A stretch of DNA of 64,000 nt from Promethearchaeota archaeon (GCA_030603385.1 JAUVXW010000008.1:73248-137247), one strand, 5' to 3'. Positions 29,494-41,043 are shown, counted from the first letter of the stretch. Numbers and translations are program-made. Notes: generated by a model not told the origin, from the letters alone.

Positions 29494-31941
29494 TTGACTT
29501 CAGAACAAATTGAAGAGATATTGTTAAAAGAAGAGATGGTAAGTAGCTATATAGATTATAGCATGAGCGTAATCATCGGAAGGGCCATTCCTGATGTAAG
29601 AGATGGACTTAAACCTGTTCAGAAAAGAATTATCTATGCGATGTCTGAAGGTGGATGGGATTCGCGTTCTTCTCTTGTTAAATGTGCTAAAATAGTAGGA
29701 CAAGTTTTAGGGAATTATCATCCTCATGGGGATTCAGCTATATATGGTGCGCTTGTAAGAATGGGGCAGGATTTTTCTCTAAGATATCCATTAATAGATC
29801 CACAAGGTAATTTTGGTTCAGTTGATGGAGATCCTCCCGCAGCTTATAGATATACAGAAGCAAGACTTTCTCGTATTTCTGATGAATTAATTGAGGATAT
29901 AAATAAAGAGACTGTCGAATTTATACCAAACTTTGATGATAGTAAGGTTGAACCTGTTTATTTACCTGCAAAATTGCCAAATATTCTAATAAATGGGACA
30001 AAGGGTATTGCTGTAGGTATGGCTACTTCAATGCCTCCTCATAATTTAAATGAAATTTGTCAAGGTATAATTGCCACTATTGACGATCCTGAAATATCAA
30101 TTCAAGAACTTATGGAAATTATTAAAGGTCCTGATTTTCCTACAGGAGGGTTTATTTCAGATATAAATGGTATTTATAATGCATACACTACTGGAATTGG
30201 TAATGTAAATATTAGAGGGAATGTTGAAACTGAGGTTAAAGGTGAAAAAACTAGCTTAATTATTACAGAAATTCCTTATTTAGTAAACAAATCTTTATTG
30301 ATAGAATCAATTGCTAAATTAATAAGGGATGGTGTTCTTAAAGATATAAGAGATTTAAGAGACGAATCTGATAGACACGGGATGCGTATAGTTATAGATT
30401 TAACTAAAAATGCTCAACCCGTTATCATTAAAAACATCTTATTTAAAAGAACTAGACTGTTTAACAGTTTTAATATTATTAACTTAGTTTTAATTAACAA
30501 TGGAAAGCAACCAAAAATTTTAACTTTAAAAGAAATAATTCAAGAATATATAAATCATCGTCTCCTCATCATTAAAAGGAGAATAGAATTTGATCTAAGA
30601 AAAGCTGAGGATCGTCTTCATAAAGTAGAAGGTCTACTCATTGCTTTGAATGATATTGATAACGTTGTAAATATAATTAAAAAAGCGAAGGATACAAAAG
30701 AAGCAAAGATAAAATTAATAGAAGCCTACAGCTTAAGTGAAATTCAGGTTCAAGCGATACTGAGCATGCAATTATCCCGTTTGACTAATTTAGAAAATCA
30801 AAAATTAGTAGATGAGGAGAAATCACTTAATGAGAGCATTAAAAAATACAAAGAAATTATAGCGAGCGAGCAAATACAGTTAGATATAATAAAGGGTGAA
30901 CTAACTGATCTAAGTGAAAAATATGGAGATCCAAGGAAATCTAAAATAGAATTAAGTGGAGATGAATCGCTTAATGAAATTGAAAAAAAAGACCTTATTA
31001 AAAATGAGCCAACGATAGTTATTTTTACAAAGAATCAATATATAAAAAGGATTTCAGTTGAAGAATATCGTACTCAAGGAAGAGGGGGGCGTGGTAAAAA
31101 AGGAATGACCATACGTGAAGAAGATTTCATTATAGATTTATTTGTATGTTCTACACACGATACAATTCTGGTGTTTACCTCAAAAGGAAGAGTTTATTCA
31201 ATAAAAAGTTATAATATTTCCCTTCAAAAACGCACAGCGCGTGGAAAACCAATTATTAATTTAATACCCCTACAACCTGGTGAAAAGATATCTTCAATGA
31301 TACCCATTAATAACTTTAATACCAATGAAATGCTCATAATGACAACGAAAAATGGGATAATAAAGAAATCCCCGCTAAAACTGTTTTCAAAATTTAGAAG
31401 TACAGGTGTTAGAGCTCAACGAATAAGACCAGATGATGAATTAGTAAGTGTAAAAAGGCTTTCAAACGAGCTAGAAGATATTTTTATAGCAACGAAACTT
31501 GGATACGCTATTAGATTTGACGAATCTGAATTGCGAGAGTTAGGAAGAACCTCTATGGGTGTAAAAGGCGCGGATTTAAGAGAAGGAGATGAAGTCATTG
31601 ACTCACTTTTAGTCTCAAATGATGAAATCATCTTAACTTTAACTAAAAACGGATATGGTCAAAGAACCTTCGTAAAGGAATATAGAAAAACAGGTAGAAG
31701 CGCCAAAGGAGTCATAAACATAACACTAAATAAAATAAAAAATGATAAAGTAATCGCGATTAAAATTGCTAAACATATGGATCTATTAATTGGAACAGAA
31801 CAAGGGCAAATGATAAGAGTACCTGTAGATTCAATAAGAATTACTCATAGAAAGGCAAAGGGTGTTAGGGTCATTAAGTTGTATGAAAATGATTCGGTAA
31901 TTGGAATCGGAAAGTGTGAAAAAGAAGATCAAATATCTTAA
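29494..31941 (+). CDS. gyrA: DNA gyrase subunit A
   Basis: [23 protein letters not shown], GyrA-box QGRGGRG, beta-pinwheel repeats. Confidence 0.95.
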   Translation: MTSEQIEEILLKEEMVSSYIDYSMSVIIGRAIPDVRDGLKPVQKRIIYAMSEGGWDSRSSLVKCAKIVGQVLGNYHPHGDSAIYGALVRMGQDFSLRYPLIDPQGNFGSVDGDPPAAYRYTEARLSRISDELIEDINKETVEFIPNFDDSKVEPVYLPAKLPNILINGTKGIAVGMATSMPPHNLNEICQGIIATIDDPEISIQELMEIIKGPDFPTGGFISDINGIYNAYTTGIGNVNIRGNVETEVKGEKTSLIITEIPYLVNKSLLIESIAKLIRDGVLKDIRDLRDESDRHGMRIVIDLTKNAQPVIIKNILFKRTRLFNSFNIINLVLINNGKQPKILTLKEIIQEYINHRLLIIKRRIEFDLRKAEDRLHKVEGLLIALNDIDNVVNIIKKAKDTKEAKIKLIEAYSLSEIQVQAILSMQLSRLTNLENQKLVDEEKSLNESIKKYKEIIASEQIQLDIIKGELTDLSEKYGDPRKSKIELSGDESLNEIEKKDLIKNEPTIVIFTKNQYIKRISVEEYRTQGRGGRGKKGMTIREEDFIIDLFVCSTHDTILVFTSKGRVYSIKSYNISLQKRTARGKPIINLIPLQPGEKISSMIPINNFNTNEMLIMTTKNGIIKKSPLKLFSKFRSTGVRAQRIRPDDELVSVKRLSNELEDIFIATKLGYAIRFDESELRELGRTSMGVKGADLREGDEVIDSLLVSNDEIILTLTKNGYGQRTFVKEYRKTGRSAKGVINITLNKIKNDKVIAIKIAKHMDLLIGTEQGQMIRVPVDSIRITHRKAKGVRVIKLYENDSVIGIGKCEKEDQIS

Positions 31942-32300
31942 CTTTTATTTTTAAGATATGGAACAAGGCAAATAAATACAAGATTATCTTTACCTAAATT
32001 ATCTATTCCATGTTTTTCATTAGGTGGAATGTATATTATATCTCCCATTTTTGCCTTTTCTTGCTGCCCTTTATCATTATAAAATTTACCCTCCCCAGAT
32101 AATACATATATCTCATGATCTTCTGGATGATTGTGAAGTGGAACCATTCCCCCCGGTTTAATTTCAAATCGTCTCATCGCAAAATTCTTTGCACCAGAAT
32201 TTGTGTCAATTAACCATCTCACATAAACATCCTTTACTTCTCTCCCATCCATTAAAGTAGCTTGTTTTTCTTCTACATCTGCATAATTTTTTTTTATCAT
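31938..32300 (-). CDS. Cupin domain protein
   Basis: [21 protein letters not shown]...[13 protein letters not shown]. Confidence 0.9.
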   Translation of the reverse strand: MIKKNYADVEEKQATLMDGREVKDVYVRWLIDTNSGAKNFAMRRFEIKPGGMVPLHNHPEDHEIYVLSGEGKFYNDKGQQEKAKMGDIIYIPPNEKHGIDNLGKDNLVFICLVPYLKNKS

Positions 32301-32374
32301 AATTTAAACAAAATTCTTAATCTATTAAAATGATATCAAATTAAAATTAAATTAGATAAAGATAGGTTCCCACC

Positions 32375-33307
32375 ATGACAAAGAAAATTTCTATTGGTTT
32401 TGACCATACTCATAATAATAAGCTTATTATCGAAAATCAAGCTTTTACTGACTTTATACAGTACTTATTTGATTCCGGTTTTCAACTAGGAAAAATTGAG
32501 GCTGGAATAACTTCTGAAAAACTAGCTAGTTATGATCTTTTCATAATTGGAGTCCCACATTTGGGTCCTAATTTAGGTTTAGATGAGATAAAAGATTTAG
32601 TCGATTATGTTAAGAATGGTGGAAGTCTCCTTATAATAAATGATGGTGGTGGAGACTACGAAAACAAAAATAATTTATCTGAATTAACCAAAAACTTTGG
32701 GATAAGTTTTAATAATGATATATTGTATGATAACAAATCGTTCTCCCAAGAAAATTCTCATCCTATTATTAAAGATTTCAGCCCTCATTATATAACAAGA
32801 GATTTAAACCAATTCATACACTCTAATGGTTGTACATTAACAGTAGATAAGTCTATTGAAGATGAGAAAATTGATGTTAATAGTATTGCATATTCTTCAG
32901 AAAACACTTCATGGCATAGTTATCTAAATGAAGATGGTTGGCATGATGAATCATTGCAGCATCTTCCTATTATAGGGGCAGTACACTATGATATAGGGAA
33001 AGTTGTTACCATTGGTAATCTCTCAATATTTTCAAGTTTAAATAAACTATATGGCATCAGTGCGGCAGATAACTTTAAATTGGTATCTAATGTTATTTCT
33101 TGGTTATTGAACAAAGCTGGTTCTGAAGAAGAAAGGGCGTTAAAGCCTATCTTCTCAACTGTTGCGATAAGTCAAGACCTATTTTATTGGACTAAAGATA
33201 TGATAAATCTAGGAAGATGGAAAAACCTTGAAGAAGCAATCAATTTTGCTTTAAGAATAGTTAAACTAAGATTGAAGGAATCTAAGAAGAATGATAAAGA
33301 CGAATAA
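32375..33307 (+). CDS. GldG/IFT52-like (GIFT/DUF4350) domain protein with C-terminal ribbon-helix-helix-like segment
   Basis: FDHTH.N, YVKNGGSLLII, FGISFN, GKVVTIGN..IF, DNFKLVSN..WL; tail STVAISQDL...GRWKNLEEAINFALR. Confidence 0.65.
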   Translation: MTKKISIGFDHTHNNKLIIENQAFTDFIQYLFDSGFQLGKIEAGITSEKLASYDLFIIGVPHLGPNLGLDEIKDLVDYVKNGGSLLIINDGGGDYENKNNLSELTKNFGISFNNDILYDNKSFSQENSHPIIKDFSPHYITRDLNQFIHSNGCTLTVDKSIEDEKIDVNSIAYSSENTSWHSYLNEDGWHDESLQHLPIIGAVHYDIGKVVTIGNLSIFSSLNKLYGISAADNFKLVSNVISWLLNKAGSEEERALKPIFSTVAISQDLFYWTKDMINLGRWKNLEEAINFALRIVKLRLKESKKNDKDE

Positions 33308-33821
33308 AGACGAATTATTGATTGGATTGATTGGTGATACTCACATTCCTTCGAGAGTATCAGAAATCCCCGCTCATATATTAAATGATTTTAAGGAAAA
33401 AAAAATTGACTATTTAATCCACGTCGGAGATTTCACTGATTTGAAAGTATATAATAACCTTCTAGAAACATTTGGAAAAGATAAAGTAATTGGGATTTTA
33501 GGAAATATGGATAATCATCAGTTAAAAAAAATCCTACCTGAAAAAGTCGAATTAAATTTATATGGACACAATATTTTCATAACACACGGGACGGGAGGAC
33601 CAAATATTATAATAAAAAGGTTGAATAAATTGTTTGATTTAACTGATTATGATATCATAATTTTTGGTCACGTTCATCACCCATATAATGAAAGATGGAG
33701 AGATGGAAAGCTATATATTAGTCCAGGCTCCCCCACTGACAAAGTTTTTACTGATATTAACTCTTATGGTTTTCTTAGGATATCTAAGGAAAAAATTGAA
33801 CCTGAAATTGTATATTTATAA
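33291..33821 (+). CDS. YfcE/MJ0936/Vps29-like metallophosphoesterase
   Basis: GDTH, HVGD, GNMD, THG, GHVH, SPGS. Confidence 0.85.
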   Translation: MIKTNKDELLIGLIGDTHIPSRVSEIPAHILNDFKEKKIDYLIHVGDFTDLKVYNNLLETFGKDKVIGILGNMDNHQLKKILPEKVELNLYGHNIFITHGTGGPNIIIKRLNKLFDLTDYDIIIFGHVHHPYNERWRDGKLYISPGSPTDKVFTDINSYGFLRISKEKIEPEIVYL

Positions 33822-33988
33822 AAATAATCTAATTTTAATCTTCTTTGGGTCAATAACTAATGCTAATATTTCTATATGTTTACTATTAAAGGAATAGTTA
33901 AAAAAATAAATCATTAAAAAAAATAAATATATCAAAGCTTAACTATAAAAATTCCAGAAAACTAAAGCAAGAATTTTTTTAAAAAAAG

Positions 33989-34723
33989 GTGAATTTAATT
34001 AAAGATCCTAAGGACTATATTTGGGCTCTACCTATTATTGGTGGTGTATTAATACTTATCTCTTTTTTTACCCCAGCTCATTATTTTAATGAATTTGGGC
34101 TTGATGCAAATTATTGGATGTGGGGATTATATCATTTATCCGCTCCCGGTTATGGTTCTGAAACCATTTTTATGTTTACAGAAGAATTTGGTCCTTCACA
34201 ATATACGATGTCTATATTTTTCTCAGGCCTTATTCCTGCAGTACTAATATTGATTGGGTCAATAATACTTATTGCTTCTTCCAATGCTGTTAGGACTGGC
34301 GGAAGAGATATTAAAAATGTTGAAAATGGATGGATTGGGATAGGAGTCGTGATGATCATAGCTTCAATAATCTATATTATTGGAATAGATATTACTTGGA
34401 TGAATTTGACGGAATATGTATATGAACAAGAGTATGGGCCTATGCCACCAGGATCACCAGGCTTTTGGGATATATTTGACCCCGGGTTTGCTGTTATTGC
34501 TCCATTTATTGGAGCTGGATTGTCTATTGCTGGAAGTATTGCTAGTAAAACTATTAAACCCAGAGAGGAACCTATATTTGTTGGAGAAAAAAAGGGAATC
34601 ATAACAAAAAAGCCAATAGGCGAAAAATCTCATCAGATTAACTTCCGTTCTGAATGTGGTCATCAACTTTTATATAGTGGAACTAAATTTTGCTCACATT
34701 GTGGAAATGAATTAAAATATTAA
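33989..34723 (+). CDS. Four-TM membrane protein with C-terminal zinc ribbon
   Basis: YWMWGLY loop, four TMs, FRSECG...FCSHCG. Confidence 0.75.
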   Translation: MNLIKDPKDYIWALPIIGGVLILISFFTPAHYFNEFGLDANYWMWGLYHLSAPGYGSETIFMFTEEFGPSQYTMSIFFSGLIPAVLILIGSIILIASSNAVRTGGRDIKNVENGWIGIGVVMIIASIIYIIGIDITWMNLTEYVYEQEYGPMPPGSPGFWDIFDPGFAVIAPFIGAGLSIAGSIASKTIKPREEPIFVGEKKGIITKKPIGEKSHQINFRSECGHQLLYSGTKFCSHCGNELKY

Positions 34724-34839
34724 TGAATCTTAGATAAAGAGTTACCATCTACAATTATATTTATTTTTGGCAATTTAATTTAAGATAGGAAACGCTTAGA
34801 TAAAACAATTCTAATTAAAAACAGTAGAAAAAAATTAAT

Positions 34840-35469
34840 TTATGCTGCTTCCATTGACTTTCCTGAAAGCTTTTTATAGTGATTTAGGACTGCTTGACGA
34901 GCCGCATAGACAAAAGCTCTCTTTACATTAATTCCTTGGATAGCAATTGTTTCATAAATTAATGTATGGTCTAAATGTGCAGTATCCAATGCTTTTCTAA
35001 TTTTAGATACTTCCACGATATCCTCTAGGTCGCGTTTATTGGCTAAAACTACCATAGGCACATCCGGTTGGTCAAAGAGTTTTTCTGGTATCATTTTATT
35101 ACCATAAAATCGTAGTAATTCCTTTAAACTCCAAATATTTTCGGTCCATTGGTCAATTAAAGAATCCCAGGTAAAAATAAGAGCATCCGTGCCTTTAAGA
35201 ACAGTTTGACGTTGGAATTTGTGTCTTCGTTGTCCCGCAACAGTATAAACCTGAAAAACCACATTGGAAACCCGTGCCACAACACGATCAAAAAATAGTG
35301 TGCGTCCTGTGGGATCTTGTATCTGTTGCATATCTCCAGAGGCTAATCCTTCACGACGATATACCCAATCCAGTGCGGTTGTTTTACCCCCAAGTGATGG
35401 ACCGTAGAAACAAATTTTGAATACTAAGGTTCCATCGCCTCTTCTACTAGGAATACCTGCCACCTCCAA
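34840..35469 (-). CDS. MglA-like small GTPase
   Basis: YGPSLGGKTT, GRTLFFD, YTVAGQ, ANKRDL. Confidence 0.9.
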   Translation of the reverse strand: MEVAGIPSRRGDGTLVFKICFYGPSLGGKTTALDWVYRREGLASGDMQQIQDPTGRTLFFDRVVARVSNVVFQVYTVAGQRRHKFQRQTVLKGTDALIFTWDSLIDQWTENIWSLKELLRFYGNKMIPEKLFDQPDVPMVVLANKRDLEDIVEVSKIRKALDTAHLDHTLIYETIAIQGINVKRAFVYAARQAVLNHYKKLSGKSMEAA

Positions 35470-35873
35470 GATTTTTGACTTTCATTATAATCAATTATAT
35501 CTACTTGAAAATTTATAATTTAAAATTCAGATTTATATTATTAAATCAATAAAACTCTTGTAATATAAAAATTTGCAAAAGAAAAGTTTTGCGATTATTA
35601 ACTATTAAAAACCTTGTTCTTATTTGTATTTACTTCTAATATCCAAATATTATTAATAGGTTGTGAACCAAAATTAATTTAAATAATTAAAAGCTATTAA
35701 AAATATATAATTTTAAACATACTTAATAAAATTGATAGAAAATTTTAAGAGGTGTAGAGAGAATTTATTGTAAAATTAATGGAGTTAATATTCCGCTTGT
35801 ATCAACAGGAACATCACCTTTTTTCGGACCACCTACATTTGGAAATAGAGCCCAAGCTTACCGAGAAAAATTT

Positions 35874-36479
35874 ATGACAAATGCAGATGCAATGCTGGAA
35901 ATTATGGAAGGATGTTATGAAGCAGGAGGTCGAGGTATTGAAGCAGTACCTGGGGGTGCTGTCTGTAAGGCTATCAAAATAATGAAAGAAACACACAATG
36001 ATTATATAGTGACCGGTTCTACTTTGCCAGGGCCTAATCCTAATGTTGAGGACTTAATTGATGTTGAAGCAAAAGTAATTTTTGTGCATGGTGCTTATTC
36101 AGATAGAAAAGATGAAACGCTCCTCAAGTTATTAGATGATATTTCCTCTCGAGGTGTCATCCCTGGAGTAGCTACTCATAATCCGCTTTCTACCATAAAT
36201 TACATTTTTGAAAATGCTCCAGATGTTAAGGCATTTCTGATCCCTTTCAATGCTAATGGGTTTATGATGGGAGACAAAATAGCTTTAGAAGAATTGGTTG
36301 ATACAAATAGTGACTGCCACTTTATTGGCATGAAAACTCTGGATACTGGACGATTAGAACCAGAAAAGGCATTTGAATACATTTCTAAACATAATATTTG
36401 TGCTGTTGCGATTGGTATGGTGGGGGTTGAGGAAGCACAAATTTCTACTAAGGTTGCTCTAAACGCTTTGCAAAAGTAA
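35874..36479 (+). CDS. Aldo/keto-reductase-like hypothetical protein (true start probably near 35763)
   Basis: In-frame upstream extension KINGVNIPLVSTGTSPFFG; GVATH, IPFN..G, IGMKTL..G. Confidence 0.6.
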   Translation: MTNADAMLEIMEGCYEAGGRGIEAVPGGAVCKAIKIMKETHNDYIVTGSTLPGPNPNVEDLIDVEAKVIFVHGAYSDRKDETLLKLLDDISSRGVIPGVATHNPLSTINYIFENAPDVKAFLIPFNANGFMMGDKIALEELVDTNSDCHFIGMKTLDTGRLEPEKAFEYISKHNICAVAIGMVGVEEAQISTKVALNALQK

Positions 36480-36597
36480 TTAAAATTAATAAATGGTTTT
36501 CTATTAAGATGTACAAAAATGACTCAGAGATTCATATCTTCTTTGATGATTATGATCATCAAAATTATGATTATAGAAAACATTAAGTTGAAGTAAT

Positions 36598-37752
36598 TTA
36601 GTAAAAAGGATTATGGTATCTTCCTTCTTCTTGTCGAGGTTGATATAATGTCTTTTGTCTAATTTCCTTATCAATCAAACCTTCGATATGACATAAATAT
36701 TCATATTCATCCTTTAAGCAAAGCGTTATCGCGACACCTTTTTTGCTCATTCGAGAAGTCCTTCCAATTCGGTGGACATAGACATCAGGAAATTTAGGAA
36801 TATCATAATTGAACACATGAGAAATATTTTCAATATCTAAACCTCTCGCGGCAACATCAGTGGCGATAAGCATATTAATTTTATGGTTTCTAAAAGCTGA
36901 AAGTACATTTTCACGTTGAGCCTGCGAAAGACTACCGGAAATTATATTCACTCGATAATCAAAATTTCTAGCTGATTTCAACCTGTTTGATAACCAGGCT
37001 GCTGTCTTTTTCGTATTTACAAAAACTAATGCATGTTTAGGTTTTTCTCTTCTTAGTATCTTCAGAAAAGTGTTAAATTTCTGTTGGTAACTATCAATCA
37101 TATAATAGAATTGCTTAGTACTTCCAACTGTTATATTATCTCTACTCAAATTTAAAAAATTAAACTTGTTTTTTGAAAATCTTTTAACAAGTTCTCTAAT
37201 TTCTGAATAGAGGGTTGCTGAAAATAATAGAAACTGATAGTCTGTTTTTATTTGATTTAAGATAAATTGAACATCAGGAGCAAATCCCATATCCCAAAGA
37301 CGATCTCCCTCGTCTAAAATAACGAACCGAAGGTTTCTAAAGTGGAGATTCCTCCTTTTATAGAGATCAATAACTCTCCCAGGGGTCCCTACGATTATAT
37401 TAACACCTTGCTCTAGCTTTCTTATTTGGTTAGTAATCGAGACACCACCATATATCGTCATAGATTTAACTTTTGGATTTCTTAAATCTCTTATAACCCC
37501 TTCAACTTGTTTAGCAAGTTCCCTTGTTGGTACTAAAATAAGAGCCTCGTTGTCAAGGAATTTTAAGTTTTCTATTATAGGAAGTACAAAAGCTAAAGTT
37601 TTCCCACTTCCTGTCTTAGCTTGAGCCATAATATTTTGACCCTCTAATATTAAAGGGATGGCTACTTTTTGGACAGGCGTAGGTTTAAGTATATTCAAAT
37701 TCCGTAAAGCGTTAACATTTTTACTGTTAATGCCTAATTCTTCAAAATTCAG
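36598..37752 (-). CDS. DEAD-box RNA helicase (DEGD variant), probable CTG start
   Basis: Q motif FEELG...PTPVQ, AKTGSGKT, PTRELA, TPGR, DEGD, SAT, ARGLD, HRIGRTSR. Confidence 0.9.
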   Translation of the reverse strand: MNFEELGINSKNVNALRNLNILKPTPVQKVAIPLILEGQNIMAQAKTGSGKTLAFVLPIIENLKFLDNEALILVPTRELAKQVEGVIRDLRNPKVKSMTIYGGVSITNQIRKLEQGVNIIVGTPGRVIDLYKRRNLHFRNLRFVILDEGDRLWDMGFAPDVQFILNQIKTDYQFLLFSATLYSEIRELVKRFSKNKFNFLNLSRDNITVGSTKQFYYMIDSYQQKFNTFLKILRREKPKHALVFVNTKKTAAWLSNRLKSARNFDYRVNIISGSLSQAQRENVLSAFRNHKINMLIATDVAARGLDIENISHVFNYDIPKFPDVYVHRIGRTSRMSKKGVAITLCLKDEYEYLCHIEGLIDKEIRQKTLYQPRQEEGRYHNPFY

Positions 37753-38019
37753 TTTATTTCACAAAAAGTTTTATCGTTTTTTCACACAATTTCAAGAAGG
37801 AAAATGATTCTTTAAAGAAAAAGCTTTCTATAATTACTTTTAATATTGTACTTATAATATATTGTAAGTTCGAAAATTCTTTACAATATTTCATTTAGAA
37901 AAATTCGTGTAATTGTTTCGTTCATTTTCCGATTTCCGAATATTAAAAAACATGGAGTAACATCATATATAAAGATAAATCGAATTTGAAAAGAGATAAA
38001 AAAGTTTTGGGCTTTAAAA

Positions 38020-41000
38020 ATGAAAGAACTCTTGAAAATGTATGATGTTTCTGAGGAAGCTATTAAAGTATATCTTGAAGGAGTAGGTAAATTTCCATTT
38101 ACATTATCAGAAATACATAAAACTTTACCAAAATCTTCGGTTGATGAAGTTAAACAAACTGTGAGTGAGCTTATTGACAAAAAACTGGTTTTAATTATGA
38201 AATCTAAATTTTCAGACATTTTTCCTCATTATCTTTTTCTTCCACCATTCGCAGCAGTGATTAATGCTTTCTCAAAATTAGATGAAAATTATGAGGATAT
38301 AACCCCTCAAGTTAAAGAAGACAACACTACGATTGAAGTGTTTCAAGATAATTTATTGCAAGATATTGAATTGATTAGTCAAGATTTAATAGAAGTAATT
38401 TCAACTCAATTTGAAGGCAATCAGACAACAGAGATTTTATCTGAAGTTGAGAAAAATGTTAAGAAATTCTCTCAAGTATTGTTAACTGAAGTAAATGAAT
38501 TAATTGCAAAATTAAAAACACGATCCATAGTTAATGAGATTGAAATTGAGCGTGTAATGAGAGCTGTTAATCAGAAAATTGATGAATCTGAAGAAATAAT
38601 TTCTAATATGTTTACTCAATTTAGAGATATCATTGGTGAGATGGGTTCAGCAAGTATAAATACTGAAGTTGAATCATTTAAAACATTTATTAGAAAATTA
38701 GGTGAATCAATTGATAAGAGAAGTAATGAAATTGTCCAAGATCCAAAGTCTTCACCTTTAAAAAATCAACAAAAGTTAGAACAATCATTCTACAATGTCT
38801 TAATAGATTATATAAGTAAGGATCATATTTCTGTTGACAAATTTCTACCTCTTAATAGCCTTGAAAAGATACAAGAAATTATTACTCTTTTGTTAGAAAG
38901 ATGTAAAGAAGAATTAATTATAATCGTTCCAAATATAGAAGACTTTATACCCCTAGATGAATTTGATTTAGAATATTCTGAAGACGCTGATTCTGAGCTT
39001 TCCATAAGGAATATATCTCCAACTTTAAAGAAGCCAGTTATACCTCCAAAGAGCAAACCTTCCATTAGTAAGAAACAGAAAAAAGAATTAATAGAAAAGA
39101 TTGATTTTACAGCAAAACGAGTTGCTGACCTTAAAGGATATGAGTTGAGTCATGATGTCGCTGATATTTTAGCAAAGATTTCAGAAATTAATCCTGAATC
39201 TCTTATCATCGAGAATGTACAAGGTTGGTTAAATAGGTTATTACTTATAAGGAGATTTCTTGATCAAAATACGCAATATTTAATACTAGAAGATATTGAG
39301 AAATGGAAAAAAGATTATTTAAAAATTAAGAAAAAAGAAGCTGAACCTGAGCAGACTGTAAAAGATGGCTCTGAGAGTGCGATATACAATGGAAAAAACA
39401 TTGATCCTGGAATGATAGTCAAAGATTTAAAATTATCAATAATTTCTACTGAACTCCATAACAATAAACATGTTAATGCTCTAAAAAAGAAGGGTATTGA
39501 ATATTTAAGGCTTAAGAATAATAATACAGTTGCCATTATTGGAGATGGTATGTATTTAGTATTTGGTATTAGTCAAAAGATTAAAAAAGATTCCAATTAT
39601 GAAATTACTGGATTTACTACATCGTTTAAACCTTTAATGGAGCTGATCCAACCAAATATTCTAAAAATTATTAATGAAGCTAAACCAACTAGGGAAATTC
39701 AGATTAATGAAGGATTTAATGAAATTATCGAGAATATAAATGATTATAGCGGAAAGAAAATATCCACAAAATTAAAGGATCTACTTAATGTAGCTTTTGA
39801 AAAGGACGGGATCTCCCTTAATATTTTAGAATTTAAGTTGTTGGTTAGCAAGTTAGAAAAGATTTATTACCCTCTAGAGGATGATATGAAAGCATACGTA
39901 ATTGAAGAATTGGATAAATTGAATAAAGAATTTTCCTCGTTAGAATTAATGTATCCCCCAGAGTTTAGACCTCCAATTATTGATGAGAAATCAACAGAAG
40001 TATTAGAACAAGGACTTGAGTCTGAAGATAAAGAAATTGAACCGCTGGATCCTGAGAAAGTGAATAACCTTTTCGATCTCTTTTTGGAAAAAATTGATGA
40101 CCTTAAAGGTGTAGAGTTAGGGGTTCAGATTGATAAATTCATAGAAGTAATTTTAAAATTGCAAGGTCATTCACAAATCGTTGATTGGAAGAGTAATTTA
40201 TCTAATTTAGATAAGGCATTAGATGAACCACTTAAAGAAAAAATAAGACAGGATTTCCTTACTTGGAAGAAAGGGATTTTAAATCCAGCACTTACAGGTC
40301 AAACACCAAAATCGGAAGAATATGTTGATTCATCGGCAACTCAGAAAGATTACATGTCCGAAATTGAAGAGGAATACATAAGTCCTGGATTATCACAATC
40401 ACAATTTCAATCAGATGACATTACTTCTTCTGAATCTAAAGGTGATAGTGAAGAACAAAAAATTGATCCATCTGTAAAAATGAAAGAGGAATTTGACGAT
40501 ATTGAGAAAAATTTCACGGAATTAAACGGTGTGGATATTAGTAAAAAAATACAAAATATTGTTGATATATTTTTAGAAACTGAAGGGTATTCAATGGATC
40601 TTAAAGAAATTAAAGATTGGATAAGTAAACTTCGAAGAATAAGAAAGCCACTTGATGATGAGATCAAAGAAGATTTTGTTATAGCTTTCTTTAAATGGAA
40701 AGAAAAATATTCAAAAGGAGACTCAGACAACCAGACATTAGATTTTGGTCCTTCTTTTGAATATTCAGAAGAAGATCATGATACTCTTGATGGGGAAAAC
40801 AGAAAAAGTTTAAATAATAAAATCGAAAGTTTGATTCAAGCCACTAATATCTCTACAGGCAATAAATTGAGTGGTGAATTGCAAGATATATCAGATATTG
40901 TTTTGCGATCTCATGGCGCTGTCGCTGCCAATGTTATAAGACAATGGATTAGTAAATTAAGATCGATAAGAGATCTCTTAGAAGATGAAATCCGGGAAGA

Positions 41001-41043
41001 ATTTCTAGAAGAGTTAGAGATGTGGAAAGAAAAATTTGTTTAA
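38020..41043 (+). CDS. TrmB-like wHTH / coiled-coil / PLD-like protein with five helical repeats
   Basis: N-terminal EAIKVYL...TLSEI...ELIDKKLV; recurring F...G..(I/L)S..L...W...L...WK units. Confidence 0.6.
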   Translation: MKELLKMYDVSEEAIKVYLEGVGKFPFTLSEIHKTLPKSSVDEVKQTVSELIDKKLVLIMKSKFSDIFPHYLFLPPFAAVINAFSKLDENYEDITPQVKEDNTTIEVFQDNLLQDIELISQDLIEVISTQFEGNQTTEILSEVEKNVKKFSQVLLTEVNELIAKLKTRSIVNEIEIERVMRAVNQKIDESEEIISNMFTQFRDIIGEMGSASINTEVESFKTFIRKLGESIDKRSNEIVQDPKSSPLKNQQKLEQSFYNVLIDYISKDHISVDKFLPLNSLEKIQEIITLLLERCKEELIIIVPNIEDFIPLDEFDLEYSEDADSELSIRNISPTLKKPVIPPKSKPSISKKQKKELIEKIDFTAKRVADLKGYELSHDVADILAKISEINPESLIIENVQGWLNRLLLIRRFLDQNTQYLILEDIEKWKKDYLKIKKKEAEPEQTVKDGSESAIYNGKNIDPGMIVKDLKLSIISTELHNNKHVNALKKKGIEYLRLKNNNTVAIIGDGMYLVFGISQKIKKDSNYEITGFTTSFKPLMELIQPNILKIINEAKPTREIQINEGFNEIIENINDYSGKKISTKLKDLLNVAFEKDGISLNILEFKLLVSKLEKIYYPLEDDMKAYVIEELDKLNKEFSSLELMYPPEFRPPIIDEKSTEVLEQGLESEDKEIEPLDPEKVNNLFDLFLEKIDDLKGVELGVQIDKFIEVILKLQGHSQIVDWKSNLSNLDKALDEPLKEKIRQDFLTWKKGILNPALTGQTPKSEEYVDSSATQKDYMSEIEEEYISPGLSQSQFQSDDITSSESKGDSEEQKIDPSVKMKEEFDDIEKNFTELNGVDISKKIQNIVDIFLETEGYSMDLKEIKDWISKLRRIRKPLDDEIKEDFVIAFFKWKEKYSKGDSDNQTLDFGPSFEYSEEDHDTLDGENRKSLNNKIESLIQATNISTGNKLSGELQDISDIVLRSHGAVAANVIRQWISKLRSIRDLLEDEIREEFLEELEMWKEKFV

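Noticed and set aside
26662-31941. Bacterial-type gyrase in an archaeon as a novelty
   Set aside because: Gyrase is already known from several archaeal lineages.
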